From the IMG/VR virus record IMGVR_UViG_3300029391_000100: a stretch of 5,760 bases of DNA. One strand, given 5' to 3'. The notes under the pieces were generated by a model. That model did no database searches. It worked only from the letters and a program-made list of their open reading frames with translations, and was not told the DNA's origin. The position numbers and the translations under genes were made by a program. This document shows, piece by piece, positions 1 through 5,167 of the stretch. Every line of letters begins with the position of its first letter. The first letter of the stretch is position 1. The DNA comes from a virus.

Positions 1-123
1 TGACACTAGGTAACTGTCTATAAAAACTACTTGTGAACCGTCTTTGCAAGCGAATTCCTTTACTTTGAAGTGCTGCCCTACTTTTTTGTTTGCGTCTGTG
101 TCCATGATATAGCTTTCAATCAT
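1..123. repeat. Terminal direct repeat, copy A; identical to 5638..5760 and marks the circular junction of a 5637-nt genome
   Basis: Base-by-base comparison of 1..123 with 5638..5760 shows identity over all 123 nt. The repeat runs to the end of the window, so it may be longer in the source contig. Confidence 0.9.
1..123 (-). CDS. Duplicate of the first 41 codons of the M15 peptidase gene, an artefact of the circular overlap (same gene as 5371..5760)
   Basis: The sequence is identical to 5638..5760. The ATG is the reverse complement of 'cat' at 121..123. The upstream in-frame stop TAA is the reverse complement of 151..153. Confidence 0.8.
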   Translation of the reverse strand, partial: MIESYIMDTDANKKVGQHFKVKEFACKDGSQVVFIDSYLVS

Positions 124-130
124 TTCGGTT

Positions 131-135
131 ACCTC
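131..135 (-). promoter_or_regulatory. Shine-Dalgarno GAGGT for the peptidase gene, 7 nt before the ATG at 123
   Basis: The minus strand reads 'gaaagcgaGGTaaccgaaATG'. Forward 'acctc' at 131..135 is the reverse complement of GAGGT. Confidence 0.6.
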
Positions 136-148
136 GCTTTCTATTGTG

Positions 149-177
149 GATTATACTATATATTTTGTCGTCTGTCA
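149..177 (-). promoter_or_regulatory. Consensus sigma70/sigmaA-type promoter on the minus strand: -35 TTGACA (177..172), 17-nt spacer, -10 TATAAT (154..149), preceded by an A-tract
   Basis: Forward 149..154 'attata' is the reverse complement of TATAAT. Forward 172..177 'tgtcaa' is the reverse complement of TTGACA. The spacer 155..171 is 17 nt. The minus strand upstream reads 'caaaccaaaaaacaa', which is UP-element-like. The -10 lies 25 nt before the peptidase ATG. Confidence 0.7.
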
Positions 178-196
178 ATTGTTTTTTGGTTTGAAT

Positions 197-210
197 GGCG
201 CTTTAGCGCC
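197..210. other. Short GC hairpin ggcgc-ttta-gcgcc between the Rep stop and the main promoter; weak or doubtful terminator
   Basis: A perfect 5-bp inverted repeat with a 4-nt loop is seen directly. On the minus strand it is followed by an A-rich rather than U-rich tract, so an intrinsic-terminator function is uncertain. Confidence 0.3.
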
Positions 211-269
211 TTTCCGTGCGTAGCGTATGCGGAGCTCGGATAATCCATTCCTTGTAAGCGCTGTGCGCG

Positions 270-1274
270 TCATACTTTTGGCTCACGCCACTTTTGTTTT
301 AGCTTGTCCTTTTCTTTTTGAATATTGAGATAGGTTTCATAATCCACGCTTGTGCTCTGTTCGAGATTGACCAAACTTTGTATTGCACTGCGTCTGCGTC
401 TGGCTCTAACCTCTCTCAGCTCGTCAGAATGTGCCTTAAAATAGCTTTCTTTGTCTTGGCTGGTATCTTTATCTAGAATCTTATCAAAATAGCGTGGAGG
501 CCTTTTTTCGCGTCCTCCTGCGCATATGATGCTATCTGTTTTTAAGATTTCATCTTTGTGCTCGTTTAGATATTTTTCGCCGATACCTTTCGACATGATT
601 CTAAACTCTGGTTCTCGACCTTCCATCCAGTATTTTACTGATTGTTCTGTCCCTATAGCTTTTTTGTTGACGTATTGTGCCACGTATGCGAAACTTCCCG
701 GTTGTGCTGGTGAAAAGTCTATCATGCCTTTGCCCCATATTTTTTGTAGCCACTCGCTTTTAAAATAGCTGTTGCCCTTTTGGTTTTTATACCATTGTGC
801 ATCAGGCGGTTTTAGTCCAAATACTATTGCATGATAGTGTGGTCTTTTTGTTCTGTCACCATATTCAGCCGCTAGGAAATATTTTATCGGCTTCTTGTAC
901 GCTTTCCGCAGCCGTTTTAGAAATAGCTGCACGTCTCGTTTGCTTACTGTCTGACTTTGTATGCTTTTGTATCCTTTGATGATTTCGCCGTAGGGTATAT
1001 GGTCGTCGTCATACGTCAGTGTTAGAAAAATCACATCGTCCCACTCTTTGGCTTCTAGCTCTATTCTGGTTGCCCATTGGTCTGCTATCTGTTTGCGGCA
1101 ATACTCGCATTTACCGCATGGTAACAATGCGAATTTTCCTTTTTTGATTCCGTCCATGATGTCCGCTTGCAGTCCTTGTTTTGATAGGTTTTCCAGACTT
1201 CCCCACAGTTTCGGTTTTTTCATATCCATTTGAAATACTAATGGTTTTGTACATGGCATTTTTGTTACCGGCAC
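270..1274 (-). CDS. Rolling-circle replication initiation protein (Microviridae VP4 / phiX174 gpA-like Rep). The probable true start is the ATG at 1259 (MPCTKPL...); the track start at 1274 is a GTG.
   Basis: Superfamily I Rep motifs are present: motif 1 FLTLTY, motif 2 HYHAIVF and motif 3 YVAQYVNKK with a double Tyr. The N-terminus has the Cys-rich segment PCGKCEYCR typical of gokushovirus VP4. Positions 1272..1274 are 'cac' (GTG), and the first ATG is the reverse complement of 'cat' at 1257..1259. The stop TGA is the reverse complement of 270..272. Confidence 0.9.
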   Translation of the reverse strand: MPVTKMPCTKPLVFQMDMKKPKLWGSLENLSKQGLQADIMDGIKKGKFALLPCGKCEYCRKQIADQWATRIELEAKEWDDVIFLTLTYDDDHIPYGEIIKGYKSIQSQTVSKRDVQLFLKRLRKAYKKPIKYFLAAEYGDRTKRPHYHAIVFGLKPPDAQWYKNQKGNSYFKSEWLQKIWGKGMIDFSPAQPGSFAYVAQYVNKKAIGTEQSVKYWMEGREPEFRIMSKGIGEKYLNEHKDEILKTDSIICAGGREKRPPRYFDKILDKDTSQDKESYFKAHSDELREVRARRRRSAIQSLVNLEQSTSVDYETYLNIQKEKDKLKQKWREPKV

Positions 1275-1334
1275 AAGCTTCCTTGTCTATCTTGTGCCGA
1301 TTGACACCTCGCTTCCTTTATATATTAACTTGTT

Positions 1335-1354
1335 GTAGTCGTAGTAGTAGTAGT
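1335..1354. repeat. Trinucleotide microsatellite (GTA)n: four perfect units at 1341..1352 plus imperfect flanking units
   Basis: Direct reading gives 'gtagtcgtagtagtagtagt'. Confidence 0.6.
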
Positions 1355-1521
1355 GTTGAAAGTGTTGAAAACTTGTTTTTTTAACGCTACTACGTTTATT
1401 TATTGCTTGTTTTCTTGTTAAAAATTTTGTTGAAAACTTGTTGAATTGTTGAATGTTCGTCATTTTGACGAATTTATTTGTGCAACTTGTTGTTGAAAAC
1501 CTGTTGAAAGTGTTGAAAACT
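1354..1521. repeat. Iteron array. Eight copies of TGTTGAA(A)(AC) (TTCAACA on the coding strand) in three clusters, including an exact 20-mer direct repeat. This is the probable Rep-binding and origin region.
   Basis: Units start at 1354, 1363, 1429, 1438, 1447, 1491, 1502 and 1511. The 20-mer 'tgttgaaagtgttgaaaact' occurs at 1354..1373 and 1502..1521. The flanking 'acttgtt' recurs at 1371, 1436 and 1485. The region lies in the only large noncoding stretch, immediately upstream of the Rep gene. Confidence 0.6.
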
Positions 1522-1561
1522 CAAGTTTTCCACATTCTCTATTTTCTGGATTATTGTTGTT

Positions 1562-1591
1562 AAAAAAAGGGGGATGTTTTACCATCCCCCT
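1562..1591 (-). terminator. Rho-independent terminator on the minus strand immediately after VP2
   Basis: A perfect 9-bp stem (1568..1576 'agggggatg' and 1583..1591 'catccccct') has a 6-nt loop. On the minus strand it is followed by a run of 7 U (forward A-run 1562..1568). The VP2 stop TAA is at 1601..1599. Confidence 0.75.
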
Positions 1592-1598
1592 TCCTTTC

Positions 1599-2471
1599 TT
1601 AGTCTCCTGTGTATGATTTTCCAGATTTGAATCCATCTATTAGTTTGCGTCTTCTTGCTGTCTTGTTGATAGTATCTTCTGCTATTTTGTCAACACCTTC
1701 TTTGGCTGCTTTACCAGCCTTTCCTACTGCGTCTTTCGCTGCTTTACCAGCTTTCGAAAGACCCGCGCCTAACTTGTTAGCTGCATAGCTGTATTGCTGC
1801 GCCTGTTTTGCGCTTGAGGTTGCCAGCTCGCTCGCTGCCTGTTCCCAGCTTTTCGCATTCTTAAACTGTTTTGCGCTGGTGGCCTGTTTTGCCAGGTTCA
1901 AGTATTTGTCTGCTAGCTCTGCTGTGTTGTTGCCGTATTCGTACATAGCGGATACACTTGCCGCTTGTGCGCTCTGTTGGTTATAACGTTGGCTTCCAAT
2001 GCTTGCAGATGCTCCCGATGGTGCGCTTGTTGCACCGTTGGTCGCTGCCAGAATAGGATTGATGCCCGCTGCAATCATGTCCTTTACGGTATCCTGATAG
2101 GCCGTTCCGCGCATTTCCTTTTGAAACGCTCGTTCTGCTGCTGCTTCTGCGCTGTTGTACTTCTTGGCGCTTGCTTGGCTTCCAGCATTCGCAAGGTTGC
2201 TCAGTAGCCCGCTCATCATTTGTAGTGCGTTTGCGGTGTTTACACTGCTTTGGTTACCAAATGTTGCAATGCCTGTTGGCGTGCTGATTTGTGTTGAACC
2301 TATCTGCTGTGGTGCTGTTACACTGCCGGTTGTGGTCTCGCTGCCGGTTGTGGTTTCGCTGCCTGACCCTTGGCTGTTTTTGGCGCTGCTCTGGTTACTG
2401 CTTGTTATGATGCCTGTTAACATGCTCAGCCCTTTCATGAGGGATGGCAAAAGCTTTAAGAATGTTTCCAT
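1599..2471 (-). CDS. Minor capsid / DNA pilot protein (gokushovirus VP2-like)
   Basis: The 290-aa protein is rich in Gly, Ser, Ala and Gln, with a moderately hydrophobic N-terminal segment (FLKLLPSLMKGLSMLTGII). It sits directly downstream of the major capsid gene, as VP2 does in Microviridae. The ATG is the reverse complement of 'cat' at 2469..2471. Confidence 0.7.
   Translation of the reverse strand: METFLKLLPSLMKGLSMLTGIITSSNQSSAKNSQGSGSETTTGSETTTGSVTAPQQIGSTQISTPTGIATFGNQSSVNTANALQMMSGLLSNLANAGSQASAKKYNSAEAAAERAFQKEMRGTAYQDTVKDMIAAGINPILAATNGATSAPSGASASIGSQRYNQQSAQAASVSAMYEYGNNTAELADKYLNLAKQATSAKQFKNAKSWEQAASELATSSAKQAQQYSYAANKLGAGLSKAGKAAKDAVGKAGKAAKEGVDKIAEDTINKTARRRKLIDGFKSGKSYTGD
2324..2364. 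repeat. In-frame 18-bp tandem duplication inside VP2 (two copies plus a partial third), encoding GSETTT-GSETTT
   Basis: 'ctgccggttgtggtctcg' (2324..2341) and 'ctgccggttgtggtttcg' (2342..2359) differ at one base, then 'ctgcc' follows. The protein reads ...SGSETTTGSETTTGSVT... Confidence 0.8.
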
Positions 2472-2472
2472 T

Positions 2473-2499
2473 CAAAAATAGCCCCGCTTTTGCGGGGCT
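2473..2499 (-). terminator. GC-rich hairpin with U-tract between VP1 and VP2. It is a candidate leaky intrinsic terminator and also sits between the VP2 Shine-Dalgarno and the start codon.
   Basis: The minus strand reads AGCCCCGC-AAAA-GCGGGGCT (8-bp stem, 2499..2480) followed by ATTTTTGA and then the VP2 ATG at 2471. Confidence 0.55.
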
Positions 2500-2500
2500 T

Positions 2501-2509
2501 CCTCCTTCC
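2501..2509 (-). promoter_or_regulatory. Shine-Dalgarno GGAAGGAGG for VP2, 29 nt upstream of the ATG in linear sequence and about 9 nt if the intervening hairpin is folded
   Basis: Forward 'cctccttcc' at 2501..2509 is the reverse complement of GGAAGGAGG. It overlaps the last VP1 codons, and the VP1 stop TAA is at 2512..2510. Confidence 0.5.
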
Positions 2510-4183
2510 TTAAATTCTTTCGATGCCCGGGATGCTGTAGATAGGCATTTCGCGGTACCAGTCTTCGGTGAAGTAGAAGTCACATAAGAACTGATGGCTT
2601 TTTGCGCTTGTTACTGCAATCGTTCGGTCAATGTTCTGTGTTCCTTCCTGTATCCACTCTGCTGAGAGACGCGGAAGCGCGTTATAATCGTCCGCATAGT
2701 GCCATGCATCCAAACTAGTCTTGTAGTTAGAACGCATTTCACCGGTTACGTAGGAAGGTTTGTAGCGGTAGTCTGCCCATGCTTCTTGATATCCAAAGAT
2801 TTCGTTATCTTCTGCCGTGCCCTGTGCATAGATTTCACGGTTATACACCGGCTGTTCACCCAGTGCTGCAAGTCTCGGGTCGTAGTAGGTGAATCGCCCG
2901 CCGCGTGTCCACTTTGTCGCAAGCCCTTGCTGGTAGCTGTGTTCCACTCGTACCACTGCCAGACCGATGATGTAGCCGTTTTCGGTCGCTGCATAGTCTA
3001 CCATTTGCTTGCTGCACGTGGTCAGGCTGTATGCTGCCGTATTGCCTAGTGCCTGACCGGTTGTCGTGTCCGTCTGGCTCGTCTGGACGACCTGATTTAC
3101 ATTGATTGCGATGCGTTGCCCGCCGATGTATTCAGGAATTTGAAGTCGGCTGTCTGGTGACGTTACGCCCCATGTGCCCGATAGGAATTCACGGTATCGC
3201 GTGCCGTTGCGTGCATCTGCCTCGAAGATGTGCTGCAGTGCGATGCTCATGCGTAAATCCTGAATGCTGATCGCGCTTACTCCGCTTAGGTCTGCGCCTA
3301 GATAAGCTATATCATCTACTTTTGAGTTTTTGTTATTGCTTCCAGTTACTAGTCCGGTTCCTTTTCCTACAGTGTCGTTTTCAATTGCTGGTGCGTATTC
3401 GCCTGCATTTGGTTGGTTAAAGTAGATTGCATCTTTTCCACCTGCTGTTCCGAATACGCTTAGTTCTCTGTTTTTGTACAGTCCAACTGGTGCATTGCCA
3501 GTCAGGCTGATTTCCACAGGGTCAGTTTTCAACGGCGAAGGCAAACAGGATGTGAAGTAGTCGTGGAATTTGCCTACCTTTGCCGGAAATCGTGCATATA
3601 AGCTTGCTTCGTTTGTGTTTGTCGTTAGATCCGGTCTGTTTACATAGTATTCTTTTGTATCGTTTCCGGGTGTTTCGTCAGTTCCTCCTTCATCGCTTTT
3701 TTTGTACCCCAGCATGAGCGGTGCTTCTAGGTTTTCATCTCTGAACCACTCGTTGTAAATCATGGCGTATGCGCGTGCTGGCAGCGCGTTGACCTTGATT
3801 TTATTTTTTACTTCGGTTGGCAGTCCGAAGTAGTCGCCTATACTGCCATTTACCAGACCGCTTTTGCCTCCGATTGCGCAAGTCGGTGTGCTGTATTCGG
3901 TCTTTTCTGCCCAGTAGTTTGTATCGTTCTCGCCAAACATGTTCTCCCAGTGCTCCCACAGCAGACGGCACGGAACAAAAAAGAAATAGGTATCCATGTA
4001 GCAGTTATCCATGATAGGATAGATGGGAGTACTCATTCGGATAAGGCCGTTAAGTTGTACTTTTGCGGTATCGCCCGGAAGCACCTCATCACAGTAGATA
4101 GGCACCAAATCGCCTTCGTTGATGGTCGTCAACAGCTGGTGACTTCGGTCAAATTTGCTTCGCGGTCGTTCCATTCGTGGCAC
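2510..4183 (-). CDS. Major capsid protein VP1 (Microviridae F-like, gokushovirus type). The start is ambiguous: GTG at 4183 or ATG at 4174 (MERPRSKFDRSH...).
   Basis: The 557-aa protein has the characteristic N-terminal signature RSKFDRSHQLLTTINEGDLVPIYCDEVLPGDT of gokushovirus VP1. Positions 4181..4183 are 'cac' (GTG), and the first ATG is the reverse complement of 'cat' at 4172..4174. No Shine-Dalgarno lies upstream of either start. Confidence 0.9.
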   Translation of the reverse strand: MPRMERPRSKFDRSHQLLTTINEGDLVPIYCDEVLPGDTAKVQLNGLIRMSTPIYPIMDNCYMDTYFFFVPCRLLWEHWENMFGENDTNYWAEKTEYSTPTCAIGGKSGLVNGSIGDYFGLPTEVKNKIKVNALPARAYAMIYNEWFRDENLEAPLMLGYKKSDEGGTDETPGNDTKEYYVNRPDLTTNTNEASLYARFPAKVGKFHDYFTSCLPSPLKTDPVEISLTGNAPVGLYKNRELSVFGTAGGKDAIYFNQPNAGEYAPAIENDTVGKGTGLVTGSNNKNSKVDDIAYLGADLSGVSAISIQDLRMSIALQHIFEADARNGTRYREFLSGTWGVTSPDSRLQIPEYIGGQRIAINVNQVVQTSQTDTTTGQALGNTAAYSLTTCSKQMVDYAATENGYIIGLAVVRVEHSYQQGLATKWTRGGRFTYYDPRLAALGEQPVYNREIYAQGTAEDNEIFGYQEAWADYRYKPSYVTGEMRSNYKTSLDAWHYADDYNALPRLSAEWIQEGTQNIDRTIAVTSAKSHQFLCDFYFTEDWYREMPIYSIPGIERI

Positions 4184-4199
4184 TTGCGCGAAATGGTTT

Positions 4200-4646
4200 T
4201 CACTGTTTCGGTTCGTTTTCCTTCACCTCTTCCCTCTTTTCTTCCTCTTTCTGCTTCGGCTGTTCGTCTTTCTGCTTCGGCTGTTCGGTCTGTTGCATCT
4301 GTTTCAGCTGTTCCAGTGTTTCGGCTGCAGCCTCGGCTTTTTCGTGCATCGTCATGATGTCTTTTGGCATATTTTCGAGGTCGGTGCCTTCGGTGTATAC
4401 CATGCTTTTAGCTTTGATGCTGGTATCCCCCGCTTCCAGCCGTGCGATTGCGCTTGCAAGGTCGTAGCCCTCGCCGGCTCGTTGGATTTTTTCGTATGTG
4501 TTCTCGTTCGGCTGCTCGATGTAGTCGGTTGTGCCGTTTGGTTGCTTTACCGCTTTCCACGTTGGCGCGGTCGTGCTGCCCGGATTGTTTGGTACTCTCT
4601 CGGTCGTCATACCGTAGAAGCGTACCATCACCTCAGGATTTAACAT
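4200..4646 (-). CDS. Hypothetical 148-aa protein with a Lys/Glu-rich low-complexity C-terminal tail. It is a candidate internal scaffolding (VP3-like) protein by position immediately upstream of VP1.
   Basis: It has a strong Shine-Dalgarno: the minus strand reads 'GAAGGAGGcagccaATG'. The C-terminus is ...QTEQPKQKDEQPKQKEEEKREEVKENEPKQ. Assignment as VP3 rests on position and composition only, because I could not recognise a family signature. Confidence 0.6.
   Translation of the reverse strand: MLNPEVMVRFYGMTTERVPNNPGSTTAPTWKAVKQPNGTTDYIEQPNENTYEKIQRAGEGYDLASAIARLEAGDTSIKAKSMVYTEGTDLENMPKDIMTMHEKAEAAAETLEQLKQMQQTEQPKQKDEQPKQKEEEKREEVKENEPKQ
4241..4282. repeat. In-frame 21-bp tandem duplication (two copies, 41 of 42 nt identical) in the tail of the 148-aa ORF, encoding EQPKQKD/EQPKQKE
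   Basis: 'ctttctgcttcggctgttcgt' (4241..4261) and 'ctttctgcttcggctgttcgg' (4262..4282). Confidence 0.8.
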
Positions 4647-4887
4647 TGGCTGCCTCCTTCAGGTCGATGAGCCGTGTGATGTGTTCAGGCATTGCCTCGC
4701 TCATGTAGCCTGTTTCTGTGTCGAATTCGCCCAGTTCTACTAGCGAAATATCTTCAATTTCGCTGGGCTTGCTCTCGTTGGCCTTCCATCGTGCCGTTCT
4801 AACTGCCTGTGCTCGGTTGTTCTGCAAGAATGGCTGTGAGTAGCCGTTGGTGAGCGAATCGTGGAATGAATAGAATTTCAGTTTCAT
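4633..4887 (-). CDS. Hypothetical 84-aa protein of unknown function; it could be VP5-like or a second scaffold candidate
   Basis: It has a Shine-Dalgarno: the minus strand reads 'taAAGGAGaaaaacATG'. Its 3' end overlaps the next ORF's start by 14 nt (ATGTTAAATCCTGA), consistent with translational coupling. No transmembrane segment is present. Confidence 0.55.
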   Translation of the reverse strand: MKLKFYSFHDSLTNGYSQPFLQNNRAQAVRTARWKANESKPSEIEDISLVELGEFDTETGYMSEAMPEHITRLIDLKEAANVKS

Positions 4888-5016
4888 GTTTTTCTCCTTT
4901 ACTTTTCGTCTTTGTTTGCGTCCTTCAGAGCGTGGTAAATTTCGTCGAGCTTTTCAAGAATGTTCATCATTAGTGCAATTGCTTCTTTAACGTCCTTGAC
5001 TTTGATTAACGCCATT
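4888..5016 (-). CDS. Unlisted 42-aa ORF (MALIKVKDVKEAIALMMNILEKLDEIYHALKDANKDEK) with a consensus Shine-Dalgarno
   Basis: The minus strand reads 'gAAAGGAGGcgaattaATG', giving 7-nt spacing. The stop TAA lies immediately before the Shine-Dalgarno of the 84-aa ORF. It is below the length cutoff of the supplied track and was found by manual translation. Confidence 0.5.
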
Positions 5017-5046
5017 AATTCGCCTCCTTTCTTTGGTTTGCATCGC

Positions 5047-5163
5047 TTACAGTCGGATACCGCCTCGTGAGATTTTCGGTCGGACGTTGATGTCTTTTAC
5101 TTTCTTTGCAGTCTGAGTAAATCGTTTCTGGTCGCCTTTACCTGCTCCGCTTCTATGTGCCAT
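5047..5163 (-). CDS. Unlisted 38-aa highly basic ORF (MAHRSGAGKGDQKRFTQTAKKVKDINVRPKISRGGIRL). It is a candidate DNA-binding/packaging protein analogous to phiX174 J and gokushovirus ORF8.
   Basis: Manual translation of the minus strand gives about 11 Lys/Arg/His in 38 residues, a size and charge like phiX174 J (38 aa). It has a strong Shine-Dalgarno: 'gcgAAGGGAGtaaaacaATG'. It sits among the structural genes. Confidence 0.55.
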   Translation of the reverse strand: MAHRSGAGKGDQKRFTQTAKKVKDINVRPKISRGGIRL

Positions 5164-5167
5164 TGTT

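Noticed and set aside
1-123. Terminal repeat considered as a biological LTR/ITR or a tandem gene duplication
   Set aside because: It is an exact direct repeat located precisely at the two window ends. Joining the ends gives one intact peptidase gene and an intact promoter-to-gene arrangement, which is the expected signature of a circular genome written out linearly with overlap.
1354-1521. Repeat array considered as a possible CRISPR array
   Set aside because: The units are 7-10 nt, irregularly spaced and clustered, without the 25-40 nt repeat and spacer periodicity. Iterons explain them better.
2395-2583. 62-aa minus-strand ORF spanning the VP1/VP2 junction in another frame
   Set aside because: It runs through the terminator hairpin and the VP2 Shine-Dalgarno. 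It has no ribosome-binding site and no transmembrane segment, so it looks like a chance ORF.
2746-2994. 82-aa minus-strand ORF embedded in VP1 in an alternate frame (a candidate for a phiX E-like lysis gene)
   Set aside because: It has no hydrophobic transmembrane segment and no ribosome-binding site. A same-strand alternate-frame ORF of this size is expected by chance in a 1.7-kb gene.
4184-4222. Possible frameshift fusion of the 148-aa ORF to VP1 (the VP1 frame is open upstream to 4222)
   Set aside because: There is no slippery heptamer or stimulatory structure. VP1 N-terminal length without the extension already matches gokushovirus VP1. The 148-aa ORF has its own in-frame stop.
4987-5043. 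18-aa ORF (MQTKERRRINGVNQSQGR) starting right after the J-like ORF stop
   Set aside because: It has no Shine-Dalgarno and is very short. Its sequence is instead the ribosome-binding site and 5' end of the better-supported 42-aa ORF.
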